58,261 nt of DNA from Candidatus Komeilibacteria bacterium (GCA_030688315.1 JAUYIT010000030.1:1-58261); one strand, 5' to 3'. Counted from the first letter of the stretch, positions 1 through 9,678 are shown. Made by a program: numbers and translations. Notes: a model not told the origin generated them from the letters alone.

Positions 1-1
1 A

Positions 2-394
2 AAGATTAAAATAAAAGACAGTAAAAGAAGAACGATTGAAGAGAAGATCTATCCGGGTTATGTCTTAGTGGAAATGATTGTGACCGATGATTCCTGGTAC
101 GTGGTTCGCAACACGCCCAATGTGACCGGTTTTGTGGGCAGTGGCACTACCCCTACTCCTGTTTCGGAAGAAGAAATTAAGGAACTGCAAAGAAGAATGG
201 GCGTGGAAGAGCCCACGTACAAAGTGGACGTTACCGTGGGCACGGCCGTTAAAATTTCCGACGGACCCTTCAAAGATTTTGAAGGCAAGGTTTCCGAAAT
301 TGACGAAGCTAAAGGCAAGGTTAAAGTTCTTATTTCCCTGTTCGGCCGTGAAACGCCGGTGGAACTAGATTCCCTTCAGATTAAAAAATTGTAA
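2..394 (+). CDS. nusG: Transcription elongation factor NusG (5' truncated by window edge)
   Basis: Frame open from base 2 (KIYPGYVLVEM..WYVVRNTPNVTGFVG); KOW motif GPFKDFEG; C-terminus FGRETPVEL; precedes rplK. Confidence 0.97.
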   Translation, partial: KIKIKDSKRRTIEEKIYPGYVLVEMIVTDDSWYVVRNTPNVTGFVGSGTTPTPVSEEEIKELQRRMGVEEPTYKVDVTVGTAVKISDGPFKDFEGKVSEIDEAKGKVKVLISLFGRETPVELDSLQIKKL

Positions 395-460
395 ATTTAC
401 CGAGCCGAGTGTTCGCTTCTAAACATTTCGGGTCAACCTAATCATTTTACACTTAATTAT

Positions 461-886
461 ATGGCTAAAAAAATCAAGACAGTCATTAAGTTGCAAATCA
501 AAGCGGCCGCGGCCAATCCGGCCCCGCCCGTTGGACCGGCTTTGGGCCAGCACGGTTTAAATATCGCCGAATTTTGCGCCAAATTCAATGAAGCCACCAA
601 AGACAAGGCCGGCGAAGTTACTCCGGTGGAAATTACCGTTTACGAAGACCGCACCTACACCTTTGTGCTTAAAACTTCTCCGGCTTCGGAATTGTTAAAA
701 AAGGCCGCCGGCATTACCAAGGGTTCGGGCAAACCGCTCACCGAAAAAGTGGGCAAAGTTACTAAAGCCCAGATTAAAGAAATTGCCGAAAAGAAAATGT
801 CCGATTTAAACGCCGTCAATATTGAAGGCGCCATGAGGATTATTGAAGGCACTGCCCGTCAGATGGGCATTGAAGTAAAGGACTAA
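461..886 (+). CDS. rplK: 50S ribosomal protein L11
   Basis: [18 protein letters not shown] and IEGTARQMG motifs. Confidence 0.98.
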   Translation: MAKKIKTVIKLQIKAAAANPAPPVGPALGQHGLNIAEFCAKFNEATKDKAGEVTPVEITVYEDRTYTFVLKTSPASELLKKAAGITKGSGKPLTEKVGKVTKAQIKEIAEKKMSDLNAVNIEGAMRIIEGTARQMGIEVKD

Positions 887-901
887 ACACTATTAATTAA
901 T

Positions 902-935
902 TGAGGGAGCGTGCCAAACACGCGCTATTACCTCA
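902..935 (+). promoter_or_regulatory. Probable L1-binding autoregulatory mRNA element
   Basis: TGAGG-GAG-CGTG..CACG-CGCTATTA-CCTCA just upstream of rplA; resembles the GGGAG...GCUAUAACC L1 operator with a GAGG/CCTC closing stem. Confidence 0.65.
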
Positions 936-953
936 TCAAGAAAGAAAACCAAG

Positions 954-1637
954 ATGTCTAAAACATCAAAAAGATTAGTGGAAGCCAAAGCCAAGGTTGA
1001 TAAAACCAAGGCCTACACCGTGGCTGAAGCCGTTAAGTTGATTAAGGAAACTTCCAAGGTCAAATTTGACGCTTCAGTGGAAATGCATTTTCATTTGGGC
1101 ATTGATCCTAAAAAAGGCGAGCAGGTGGTTCGTGGCTCGGTAGTTATGCCCCACGGCATCGGCAAAACCAAAAGAATTGCCGTGTTTACCACTCCGGCTC
1201 ATGAAAAAGATGCCAAGGAAGCCGGCGCTGATATTGTGGGCGGAAAAGATTTAATTGAAGCCATTAAAAAAGACGGCAAGTGCGATTTTGATATTGCCGT
1301 GGCCTCGCCCGAGATTATGAAAGATTTGTCGGTTATTGCCAAAACTTTGGGTCAAAAGGGTTTAATGCCCAACCCCAAAACCGGCACGGTAACTCCGGAT
1401 GTTAAAAAAGCCGTAGCCGAAATTAAAAAAGGCAAAATTGACTTTAAAAACGACGACACCGCTAATTTGCACGCTATGGTCGGCAAAATTTCTTTTGACA
1501 ACGCCAAGCTGGAAGAAAACATGAGGGCGCTGTTGGACGCCGTTAAAAAAACCAAGCCCGAAACAGTTAAAGGTATTTTTATTGAATCCTGTTACGTTAA
1601 TTCCACCATGGGTCCCGGCATTAAAATTCAATTGTAA
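954..1637 (+). CDS. rplA: 50S ribosomal protein L1
   Basis: KFDASVE, GLMPNPKTGTV and STMGPG motifs. Confidence 0.98.
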   Translation: MSKTSKRLVEAKAKVDKTKAYTVAEAVKLIKETSKVKFDASVEMHFHLGIDPKKGEQVVRGSVVMPHGIGKTKRIAVFTTPAHEKDAKEAGADIVGGKDLIEAIKKDGKCDFDIAVASPEIMKDLSVIAKTLGQKGLMPNPKTGTVTPDVKKAVAEIKKGKIDFKNDDTANLHAMVGKISFDNAKLEENMRALLDAVKKTKPETVKGIFIESCYVNSTMGPGIKIQL

Positions 1638-1650
1638 CTTGAAATAACAA

Positions 1651-1774
1651 AAGGCCTTGCCTTAATGGTCATTGCGAGGAGCGTAGCGACGAAGCAATCC
1701 CGATGTGCGTACCAGTACAACGGGATTGCCGCGCCCCTTTGGGGGCTCCAGAATGACGGTAATAGCAAGGCCTT
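1651..1774. repeat. REP/REPIN-like palindromic element (GTCATTGCGAG...GAAGCAATCC family)
   Basis: Nested inverted repeats bounded by AAGGCCTTGC/GCAAGGCCTT; closely similar inverted copy at 19196-19322. Confidence 0.85.
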
Positions 1775-1835
1775 TTTATGTTGCCAGCGAGCCGCCTTTC
1801 TGCTAGAATAAATTCAATTAATCACGCAATTCTAT

Positions 1836-2351
1836 ATGACCAATTTACCCCCCGGCCGCACCCAGCCCCGCCCCATTTGGGATGAATATTTTTTAAAACT
1901 GGCCATGATGGCCTCGGAACGTTCCACTTGTCCGCGCATGCACTGTGGTTGTGTGTTAGTGCGCAATAACAACGTTTTGGCCACCGGTTACAACGGTTCT
2001 TTGCCCGGGCATCCTCATTGCGAAGAAGAGGGATGTTTGGTGGAAGATAATCACTGTATTCGCACAAATCACGCTGAAGCTAACGCCATTTCCCAAGCGG
2101 CTCATAACGGTCATGAGGTAGCCGACGCCATTGCTTACATTACCAACATGTCGTGTACCAACTGCGCCAAACTGTTGATCGCCGCCGGCATTAAGCGCGT
2201 GGTGGTGTTCAGTGATTTTCATGATACCCGCGCCACGGAATTTTATCAGCAGTCGGGCGTTAAGATTGATAAACTGCCCATGCCGCCTCTTAACATTGAT
2301 TACGATTTAAAAAACTTTACTTCGGCCGTTAAAACCGAAAAAAGCAACTAA
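1836..2351 (+). CDS. dCMP deaminase (ComEB family)
   Basis: WDEYF, RSTC, TGYNG, HAE and CTNC zinc motifs. Confidence 0.92.
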   Translation: MTNLPPGRTQPRPIWDEYFLKLAMMASERSTCPRMHCGCVLVRNNNVLATGYNGSLPGHPHCEEEGCLVEDNHCIRTNHAEANAISQAAHNGHEVADAIAYITNMSCTNCAKLLIAAGIKRVVVFSDFHDTRATEFYQQSGVKIDKLPMPPLNIDYDLKNFTSAVKTEKSN

Positions 2352-2407
2352 AAACACCCCGCGACCCGCTCGGCTTCGCCTCGCCTGCGTAGTTGGGGAC
2401 CCCGAAT

Positions 2408-2968
2408 ATGTCCAAAATAATTTTAGGTTTTGTTGGTAAGCTGGCCAGCGGTAAAGGCACCATTGCCAAATATCTGGCGGAAAAACACGGCGCGCAAACG
2501 GTGATGTTTTCGCAATCCTTGCGCGACGTTTTGGATCGTTTTTATCTGCCTCAAACCAGAGATAACATGCAGGGTGTTTCCCGTGGTTTGCGCGAGGCCC
2601 TGGGGCAGGATGTAATTGCCAGAGTTGTAGCGCAGGATGCTCAAACAGCCGCTTCAACAATTGTGGCCGTGGACGGGGTGCGGCGCCCCATGGATATTGT
2701 TTTTTTAAAAGAACTGCCGGGTTTTGCCTTGGTGTTTGTGGAGACGGAACAAAAAGTTCGCCATGAACGCATGACCAAGCGCGGTCAAAATCCCGACGAT
2801 CATTTGATCAGTTTTGAAGAATTCCAAAAAAAGGACGTGGCCGAAGCCGAGAGTTTGATTGATGAAGTGGCTAAGGAAGCCAAGTTTACCATCAACAACA
2901 ACGGCACGCCGGAGGAATTATTCGCTCAGGTGGAAGATATTTTAACTAAAATTCAAAGTGAAAGTTAA
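2408..2968 (+). CDS. P-loop nucleoside monophosphate / dephospho-CoA kinase-like protein
   Basis: GKLASGKGT P-loop, VDGVRR, INNNGT; start moved to ATG 2408; lies between dCMP deaminase and dut. Confidence 0.75.
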   Translation: MSKIILGFVGKLASGKGTIAKYLAEKHGAQTVMFSQSLRDVLDRFYLPQTRDNMQGVSRGLREALGQDVIARVVAQDAQTAASTIVAVDGVRRPMDIVFLKELPGFALVFVETEQKVRHERMTKRGQNPDDHLISFEEFQKKDVAEAESLIDEVAKEAKFTINNNGTPEELFAQVEDILTKIQSES

Positions 2969-3380
2969 GATCAAAAAAATGAATCCGGCCGCGAACATGC
3001 CAACCTATGCTAACCCGGGTGATGCCGGATTGGATTTGTATTCCTTGGAGGATTTTGAATTACAGCCGGGCCAGCGGAACAGTTTTTTTGTGGGTTTTGC
3101 TTTGGAAATTCCGGATGGTTATGTGGGTATTATCAAGGATAAAAGCGGTTTGCCTAAAAATTTTGGTCTGCACACCCTGGGCGGGGTGTTTGATTCCTGC
3201 TACCGCGGCGAATACAACATCACGATGGTCAATTTAGGGCAGGAGGCCTATCAAATCAAAGCGGGCGATAAAATCGCCCAGTTGCTCATTATTCCTTGCC
3301 AGCAGGCGGAATTGGAAGAAGTTGAAGAATTATCAGCCACGCAAAGAGGCGAGGGCAGGTTTGGTTCCAGCGGAAGATAA
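2958..3380 (+). CDS. dut: dUTP diphosphatase
   Basis: DAGLDL, KSG, GVFDSCYRGE and RGEGRFGSSG motifs. Confidence 0.96.
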   Translation: MKVKIKKMNPAANMPTYANPGDAGLDLYSLEDFELQPGQRNSFFVGFALEIPDGYVGIIKDKSGLPKNFGLHTLGGVFDSCYRGEYNITMVNLGQEAYQIKAGDKIAQLLIIPCQQAELEEVEELSATQRGEGRFGSSGR

Positions 3381-3457
3381 AAAGATTTTAAGGTAAAACG
3401 CTTTTATTTTGTCTTAAAATCTTTTGATCTTTAGTTCAATTCTTTCAAGGAGGCAGT

Positions 3458-3652
3458 ATGCGCCGAATAAAGGAGATTATCGGCAAAACTTTCGTGACTG
3501 ACATTACCAGCCAGCCGTTTCCACCTCCGGTACCGCATCAAGCAACCGCTGCAGTGAGTAGTTTAATTACGTCCAATGGACAGTTGTTGATAAAAGTTGT
3601 TTTGACTAGAGATAATGAAAAAGAGGGTTTAAGAAAAGTATATTTTGGCTGA
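3458..3652 (+). CDS. Small hypothetical protein (64 aa)
   Basis: Strong SD AAGGAGG before ATG; terminator follows the stop. Confidence 0.55.
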   Translation: MRRIKEIIGKTFVTDITSQPFPPPVPHQATAAVSSLITSNGQLLIKVVLTRDNEKEGLRKVYFG

Positions 3653-3663
3653 CTGACGCGGTT

Positions 3664-3697
3664 TCCCCGGACTGAACACAGTTTCGGGGATTTTTTT
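3664..3697 (+). terminator. Intrinsic terminator
   Basis: TCCCCGGACTG/CAGTTTCGGGGA stem followed by T7. Confidence 0.75.
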
Positions 3698-3717
3698 ATT
3701 TATCCACAGGCGGGGAT

Positions 3718-3763
3718 TTGACAAGTTTTTTGTTTAGGTGTAATGTGTTAATACATTGATACA
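3718..3763 (+). promoter_or_regulatory. sigma70 promoter with candidate operator for the YerC-like repressor
   Basis: TTGACA at 3718; imperfect 20-bp palindrome TGTGTTAATACATTGATACA at 3744-3763 overlapping the -10 region. Confidence 0.5.
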
Positions 3764-3795
3764 AAATAGCGAAAAGCCCTATTTTACTTAACAAT

Positions 3796-4092
3796 ATGAA
3801 ACATGCCCATAGTTACAGCCCTAAAAAAGCCGATGAGTTGTGGCAGGCCGTGCTAGGCCTAAAAACAAAGTCGGAATGCGCTAAATTTTTTAGGGATTTA
3901 TGCACCATTGAAGAATTAAAGGCCATAGTTGACCGGTGGCAAGCCGTTAAAATGATCAATAAAGGCGTACCCTATCGGGAGATCGCCAAAAAGTTGGACA
4001 TGAGTTCCACCACCGTCAGCCGCGTGGCTCAATGGTTAAATAACGGCAAGGGCGGTTATAAATTAATATTAAAACGATTAAAATTATTATGA
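3796..4092 (+). CDS. TrpR-like YerC/YecD (HisR-type) repressor
   Basis: ECAKFFRDLCTIEEL..RW..YREIA..SSTTVSRVAQWLNNGKGGY. Confidence 0.92.
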   Translation: MKHAHSYSPKKADELWQAVLGLKTKSECAKFFRDLCTIEELKAIVDRWQAVKMINKGVPYREIAKKLDMSSTTVSRVAQWLNNGKGGYKLILKRLKLL

Positions 4093-4142
4093 CAGTCAAT
4101 ATTTTACAACAATTACATCATCATCAAATCATCTCTCCGTAG
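4089..4142 (+). CDS. His leader peptide MTVNILQQLHHHQIISP
   Basis: ATGA overlap with the repressor stop; three tandem CAT codons; attenuator follows. Confidence 0.8.
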   Translation: MTVNILQQLHHHQIISP

Positions 4143-4251
4143 GGAGGTTGGTTTGGTTTATATTTAGTCGAGCGTTGCTCTACTTACACCCTTAACTAAA
4201 CGAATCTCTCTTAACTACCCGGAGAGGTTTTTGTTTATCAAGGGTGTTTTT
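4125..4251 (+). promoter_or_regulatory. Ribosome-dependent transcription attenuator (His)
   Basis: 1:2 stem 4125-4156; antiterminator 4141-4158 pairs 4194-4211 at 17/18 positions including GU; terminator ACACCCTT...AAGGGTGT-TTTT at 4186-4251. Confidence 0.8.
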
Positions 4252-4268
4252 ATTAAGTAAAATAATTT

Positions 4269-5201
4269 ATGAAAATTCAATATAGAAATATTAAAACAGG
4301 AGAAATACCGGGCATGGATTTAACAATGCCCTATCTGGTTATAGGTAAAGGTAAGCCGATAGTTAGCTTGCTCTCCGGAGTTCATGGCGGTGAAGAAAGC
4401 GGTTTATTGATCATCAAAAATTTATTAGATGCTTTAAAAAGTGAAAAAATTACAGGCACTCTTAAAATCATTCCTAGTTGTAATGTGGTAGCACAGGCTT
4501 TTAAAACCAGGGTAGTCAATGGATTCGACTACGCCGATTTAAACAGGTCTTTCCCGGGCAAAAAGCAGGGCAACTATACCCAACAGGTGGCGGCTAAAAT
4601 ATTTTCTTTGGTTAAAGATAGTGATTGCGTTTTGGACTTGCACACTTTTACCATGATTAGTCCGTTAATAGGCATCTTAACAAAAAGCGCTGACCAACAA
4701 AAAGATGACAGGGCCTTAACAATCCTTAGATCAATGAATCTTGATTTAATCTGGTTGCTGGAAACAAAAGTTTTGGCCAGTAGTTATCTAGGAACTTTAG
4801 GTGATGCTTTTTCCGGATTGAAGGGGACTTATCTATGTCTGGAAACGCCAAATATTTACCGTTTAACGCCAGAGGAATTAACTAGATCAACTAAGGGTAT
4901 TGTTAACTTGTTAAAGCAATATGGAATTATCCAGAATGGTTTTGTTAAAACAAAATCTAAGGAGATTCCTGTGGTAAAAAGAATTGATCAAAAATCAGAA
5001 TCCGGCGGTTTGTTTGTTCCCTTAAAAGGATACATGCAACAAGTTAAAAAAGGGGATTTAATCGGTGAAATTTATTTTTTAAAGGATTTTAAACCTAAAG
5101 ATGTTAAAGCCACGTATAGCGGTTTAATAATGATGATCAGGAGTAAAAGTTTGATTTCCTCGGGAGATAAAATTATCGCATACGGACAAGATGTGGTTTA
5201 A
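4269..5201 (+). CDS. Succinylglutamate desuccinylase/aspartoacylase (M14-like) family hydrolase
   Basis: GVHGGE, DLNRSFPG, LDLH and LE motifs; C-terminal barrel-sandwich segment (VKKGDLIG). Confidence 0.9.
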   Translation: MKIQYRNIKTGEIPGMDLTMPYLVIGKGKPIVSLLSGVHGGEESGLLIIKNLLDALKSEKITGTLKIIPSCNVVAQAFKTRVVNGFDYADLNRSFPGKKQGNYTQQVAAKIFSLVKDSDCVLDLHTFTMISPLIGILTKSADQQKDDRALTILRSMNLDLIWLLETKVLASSYLGTLGDAFSGLKGTYLCLETPNIYRLTPEELTRSTKGIVNLLKQYGIIQNGFVKTKSKEIPVVKRIDQKSESGGLFVPLKGYMQQVKKGDLIGEIYFLKDFKPKDVKATYSGLIMMIRSKSLISSGDKIIAYGQDVV

Positions 5202-5454
5202 AATATTTTTGGGACGGTTATCATGGCTGTTTACTTAAATTCAGTTGTTAAAGTAAACAGCCAAATAACCTTTCTAATTCAGGAGAGGTTCCTATCACAT
5301 GGGAGGTACAAGTGCATCCGTTTAAACGGAAGTTTGGAGGAGCTGGCCCGCACTACTAAGGCCGGTTTCTTTACACGGAGGGGCTGTGGATTGATCTCAT
5401 TCAAGTCTACAGCCCTCCGTGAATGTTCTTTCACAAAAAACAAGAAGGAGAAAA

Positions 5455-6756
5455 ATGAAAAATTTTTCACTAGCTGAAGATCAAATTGATCGCTGTTTGC
5501 AGATTGAAAGCGATCTTTTGGCTCGCAAAATCGGCTTTGGAGATTCTTTGCTTAAAGGCAGAATTCCTTGGCTGATTTCGCCAGACGGCTATCAGTTTTC
5601 ACAAGCGCAAGTTCAGGAATTAAATAAGATTGGTTTCTGGGCAAAGCGTTTCTTGGAGGCTTCGGTAAAGCTTTATCAGCAAGAGCCATCGGTAAGGAGG
5701 ATATTGGACATGGGAAAGCCGGCGCCTGTGCTGGAATTCCAAAAACAGGCCCTTAAAGGAGGTCAGTTGCCTCGTCTTTTCAGGGTTGACCTATTGTTAA
5801 TGCCCGATGGCACTTTCAAGGTCGGTGAGTTTTCTTTGAAACCCGGAGGCACGGGTATCACCGCCGGTTTGCAAGAAGTTTATCGCGGAAAAATGGTGGG
5901 CCGCGGCATCCTTGATTGCTATAAGCGATTGTTAGATGAGGGTGGTAAAAGTTTGCTCATCGCCGTCGCTCAAGAAAAGAACAGGTCATTGAATGAATTT
6001 GAAGGCCTAAGCTTTATGCTGAAACGCGACGGCTATCAATGCCGCTGTGGTTACCCTGAAGACAATAAGGTGATTGATGGAGATGCCTTTTACAACTATT
6101 TGCCTCCGCGCACTTGGTTGCAATATCGGGATTTTCTCAATCAGGCCGTGCAAAGGTCAAAGACAATGATTCCGCCGACCTACGTGTTTCTTAAGGAGAA
6201 GGCGCTCTTTGGTCTTTTTTGGGAAGCGCATTGGGAAAAGTGGTGGGCAGCTGAACTCGGTCAAGAGGGATTTTGCTTCCTCAAAGACAAGTTGATAGAA
6301 ACCGCCATTTTTGATCACCGGGGAAAGTTTTCTCTTCCAGATCATGAGCTTTCGTTTAAAGAACTTCTTGAGTTAACTACCAGCCAAAGGGCAAGGTACT
6401 TAGTCAAGCTTTCGGGCTTTTCTCATGGCTCAAGCGGCGCTAAGGGCGTAGTTCTTGGTAAGGAAGTGGGCCGGACCAATTGGCAACAGGTGGTAAAACA
6501 AGCCAAGGAGTCCTTTTCTCGCCAAATTGGTCTGTACGTGCTACAGCCGTTCATTACCAGTCAAAAAGTTCCGGTAAATTGGCTGGATTGGAATGAGTCG
6601 GGGATCAAAACCGAACAGCGATATCTAAGGGTTTTGGCCTATTATTTCGTCTTTGATGATATGCCAGTTTTGGCCGGCGTGGAAGTCAATTCGTCTGATA
6701 GGTCAAAAGTCCATTTGCAGACCGATGTCACATCGGTTCCAGGGATTCTAACCTGA
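5455..6756 (+). CDS. Circularly permuted ATP-grasp (glutathionylspermidine synthase-like) amide ligase, substrate unknown
   Basis: FRVDLL..FKVGEFSLKPGG, LVKLSGFSHGSSGAKGVVLG, YVLQPF; ATG 5455 follows AAGGAG. Confidence 0.65.
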   Translation: MKNFSLAEDQIDRCLQIESDLLARKIGFGDSLLKGRIPWLISPDGYQFSQAQVQELNKIGFWAKRFLEASVKLYQQEPSVRRILDMGKPAPVLEFQKQALKGGQLPRLFRVDLLLMPDGTFKVGEFSLKPGGTGITAGLQEVYRGKMVGRGILDCYKRLLDEGGKSLLIAVAQEKNRSLNEFEGLSFMLKRDGYQCRCGYPEDNKVIDGDAFYNYLPPRTWLQYRDFLNQAVQRSKTMIPPTYVFLKEKALFGLFWEAHWEKWWAAELGQEGFCFLKDKLIETAIFDHRGKFSLPDHELSFKELLELTTSQRARYLVKLSGFSHGSSGAKGVVLGKEVGRTNWQQVVKQAKESFSRQIGLYVLQPFITSQKVPVNWLDWNESGIKTEQRYLRVLAYYFVFDDMPVLAGVEVNSSDRSKVHLQTDVTSVPGILT

Positions 6757-6761
6757 ATTTC

Positions 6762-6797
6762 AAAAGGGACGGTCTATCACAGATCGTCCCTATTTTT
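6762..6797. terminator. Bidirectional terminator between convergent genes
   Basis: AAAAGGGACGGTCT/AGATCGTCCCT stem flanked by A and T runs. Confidence 0.7.
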
Positions 6798-6803
6798 ATA
6801 AAT

Positions 6804-7310
6804 TTATTTTTCGTAAACGCAGAAGCGGAATTTGATGTTGTTTTCTTCGTTGAGTTCGCCGGTAGTGGTTTTTTTGAAAACTTCAGGAATAGGCGGAAAA
6901 AAAGCGTCGCAATCAAAAACGCCTTCAACTTCGGTCAAATAGATTTTATGGCAAGAGGGATGGGTGATGGAAAAGGCGTAGAGCATGCCGCCGCCAATTA
7001 CAAAGGCCTCGTCAACTTTAATTTCATCTAGTAATTCCAGGGCTTCGTCTAAAGATTGAAAATTATAAACTCCCTCCGGCAAATCATCGTATTTTTCTTT
7101 GGATAAAACGATGTTTAGGCGATTACGCAAAGGCCGGAATTTTTCCGGTAAAGATTTCCAGGTGTTTAAGCCCATAATCACGGCGTTGTTTTTATTGCCA
7201 ATGGTAATAGCGCTGAAATGTTTTAAATCAGCTTTTAAATCCCAGGGCAGGCGGTTGTTAATGCCAATGCCTAGTTTTTCGTCAGCGGCGGCTATGATTG
7301 AGAAATTCAT
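6804..7310 (-). CDS. folA: Dihydrofolate reductase
   Basis: GINNRLPW..DLKHF, IMG, RPLRNRLNIVLS, VIGGG, CDAFFP. Confidence 0.96.
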   Translation of the reverse strand: MNFSIIAAADEKLGIGINNRLPWDLKADLKHFSAITIGNKNNAVIMGLNTWKSLPEKFRPLRNRLNIVLSKEKYDDLPEGVYNFQSLDEALELLDEIKVDEAFVIGGGMLYAFSITHPSCHKIYLTEVEGVFDCDAFFPPIPEVFKKTTTGELNEENNIKFRFCVYEK

Positions 7311-7457
7311 AAGATTATTCGGCGCGGAAATAAATATTTTTTCGCTCGCTCAGTCAAGAAAATTTTTTTTGTCCTCGTCTCCGGCCTTCGCCGCGGCCGG
7401 CGGCTCGCCCGGTATTTTTCACTCGGCCCAAAAAATTTTTCTTGCCCTCGCTCGCGC

Positions 7458-8270
7458 TTAAATAGCGATGGGGGCTTTAATGCCCGGATCGGGATTATAA
7501 TTTTCTAAAGTAAAATCTTCAAACTTAAAACCAAAAATATCTTTAACTTCAGGATTGATTTTTAAGGTCGGCAATTCTTTGGGCGTCCGGGTAAGTTGAA
7601 GTTTAACCTGATCCAAGTGGTTGTTGTAAATATGGACGTCGCCAAAAGTGTGGACAAAGTCACCCAGCTCTTTGCCGGTCACTTGCGCCACCATCATGGT
7701 CAAAAGCGCGTATGAAGCGATGTTAAACGGTACGCCCAAAAATACATCGGCACTACGCTGGTATAATTGGCAGGATAACTTATTGTTAGCCACGTAAAAT
7801 TGAAACATGGTGTGGCAGGGTGGGGGAGCGGTTTTTTTGCCGGCAATCAAACTTTGCAAATCGGCCACGTTCCAGCCGGAAACTATCAAACGGCGGTCAT
7901 CAGGGTTCTTTTTGATTCTTTCAATAACGTCAGCAATCTGATTTATTTTAACGCCATCTTTGCCTTCCCAGGCCGTCCATTGCTTGCCGTAAATGGGGCC
8001 TAGGTCGCCATTTTCGTCCGCCCATTCGTTCCAAATGGTTACGCCGTTATCGTTCAAGTATTTAACATTGGTATCGCCCTGTAAAAACCACAGTAATTCA
8101 TAAATAATGGATTTTAAGTGGACTTTTTTGGTGGTCATCAACGGAAAGCCCTCAGCCAGATTATACCGCCTTTGAGAGCCGAACAGGGAAATAGTGCCTG
8201 TGCCGGTGCGATCGCCCTTTTCCACCCCCTTTTCTAGAATTTCTTCAAGCAGTGATAAGTATTGTTTCAT
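7458..8270 (-). CDS. thyA: Thymidylate synthase
   Basis: [29 protein letters not shown]; start moved to MKQYL. Confidence 0.98.
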   Translation of the reverse strand: MKQYLSLLEEILEKGVEKGDRTGTGTISLFGSQRRYNLAEGFPLMTTKKVHLKSIIYELLWFLQGDTNVKYLNDNGVTIWNEWADENGDLGPIYGKQWTAWEGKDGVKINQIADVIERIKKNPDDRRLIVSGWNVADLQSLIAGKKTAPPPCHTMFQFYVANNKLSCQLYQRSADVFLGVPFNIASYALLTMMVAQVTGKELGDFVHTFGDVHIYNNHLDQVKLQLTRTPKELPTLKINPEVKDIFGFKFEDFTLENYNPDPGIKAPIAI

Positions 8271-8474
8271 AAGCGACGTAGAGCGAGTGCAATAGGCAAG
8301 CCCGGCTTGCATATTGCCGAGCCGAGGAGCTTATATGTACTCATATATAGCTTTATAGTTAGGTTTCTGTCTTTCTATTTTAACTGACAATTTACCCCCC
8401 GTCAATTTTTGAAAAAAATCGTAAAATAAGCTAAAATAGATGGTATGATTAGATGTAAGCTTCTATAATTGTTT

Positions 8475-9074
8475 ATGAAAGAAGGTTTATTTATTGTTAT
8501 TTACGGCATTAACAACCTGGGCAAATCAACTCAGGCCGAGTTGTTGGTGGAATCCCTAGAAAAAGCCGGGTTAAAAGCCCAGTATTTAAAATACCCGATT
8601 TATGATTTAACCCCGACCGGTCCGCTGATTAACGAGGTTTTAAGGGGAGCGGGTGGTCAAAAAATGTCAGAAGAAGAGCTTCAGGCCATTTACACCCAAA
8701 ACCGCCGTGACTATCAGCCGCAGTTGATCAAGTTGATTGACGAGGGTGTTAACGTGGTGGCCGAGGATTATGTGGGCACTGGGTTGGCTTGGGGCTGGAG
8801 TAAGGGCGCGGATTTGGAAAAGTTGATTGAATCAAATCGTGGTTTATTAAAGCCCGATATTGAAATTCTGCTGGACGGCGAAAGATTTATCCAAGCCAAG
8901 GAAGAAGGTCATTTGCATGAATCAAATGACGCGCTGGTGGAAAAATGCCGGGCCAATCATTTACAGCTGGCCGCCAGATTCGGCTGGGCCGTGGTTAACG
9001 CCAATCAGGAAATTGATGAAGTTCAGGACGAGATTTTAAAAGTGATTGCGGAAAAGATAAAATCACTGAAATGA
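8475..9074 (+). CDS. tmk: Thymidylate kinase-like protein
   Basis: FIVIYGINNLGKSTQ P-loop and KYP motif; divergent from thyA; the usual DRY motif appears as EDY. Confidence 0.8.
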   Translation: MKEGLFIVIYGINNLGKSTQAELLVESLEKAGLKAQYLKYPIYDLTPTGPLINEVLRGAGGQKMSEEELQAIYTQNRRDYQPQLIKLIDEGVNVVAEDYVGTGLAWGWSKGADLEKLIESNRGLLKPDIEILLDGERFIQAKEEGHLHESNDALVEKCRANHLQLAARFGWAVVNANQEIDEVQDEILKVIAEKIKSLK

Positions 9075-9084
9075 ATTTAAGATA

Positions 9085-9678
9085 ATGAGTCACCTTAATA
9101 AAAATGGCATTATTCAAGAAAACATAATCTATGTTTTTATTGACGCGTCTAATTTATGGCAAGCTCAGAAAGCCAAAGGTAAGATGTTTGATTTTGAGAA
9201 AACAGTAAGTTATCTAAAGAATAAATTTATAGCCACGGATATTAAAGTTTTTTATTATACGGCTTATCCAGCCGACGGCACAAGAAGTTACAGTATAGAA
9301 GGAAAGCATAAATTTTTTACTTATTTAAAGAAAGGCCTGGGGTTTGTAGTAAGAAAAAAAGAGTTAAAAAGGATTAGCATTGTTAGCGAAAGCGGCGAAT
9401 CCATAGAAGAAAAGGGTAATATGGATGTGGAGATGACCATTGACGCCATGTACCATTTTCAAAAGTATCATACGGCAATATTTTTTACCGGAGATTCCGA
9501 TTTTTTGGCTTTGGTAACTCATTTAAGGATTGGCGGTAAAAAGGTTTATATTTTTTCTTCCAGAAATAATATTTCCCAGGAGTTAAGAACTGGCGGGGAC
9601 GGTTATTTTGAAATTTTTAATATTAAAGAGGATATTTGGGGAAAAGAACTAAAGCACAGAGAAGCTAAAAGCGGCTAA
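9085..9678 (+). CDS. NYN (LabA/DUF88) PIN-like domain protein
   Basis: VFIDASN, EKGNMDVEMTID, TGDSDF. Confidence 0.9.
   Translation: MSHLNKNGIIQENIIYVFIDASNLWQAQKAKGKMFDFEKTVSYLKNKFIATDIKVFYYTAYPADGTRSYSIEGKHKFFTYLKKGLGFVVRKKELKRISIVSESGESIEEKGNMDVEMTIDAMYHFQKYHTAIFFTGDSDFLALVTHLRIGGKKVYIFSSRNNISQELRTGGDGYFEIFNIKEDIWGKELKHREAKSG

Noticed and set aside
5223-5477. 84-aa ORF between the hydrolase and ATP-grasp genes
   Set aside because: Crosses several strong hairpins, overlaps the next gene out of frame and has no protein-like motif; better read as structured RNA.
1836-9074. dTMP gene cluster as a prophage nucleotide-metabolism module
   Set aside because: No phage structural or integration genes nearby; such clusters are ordinary chromosomal content.
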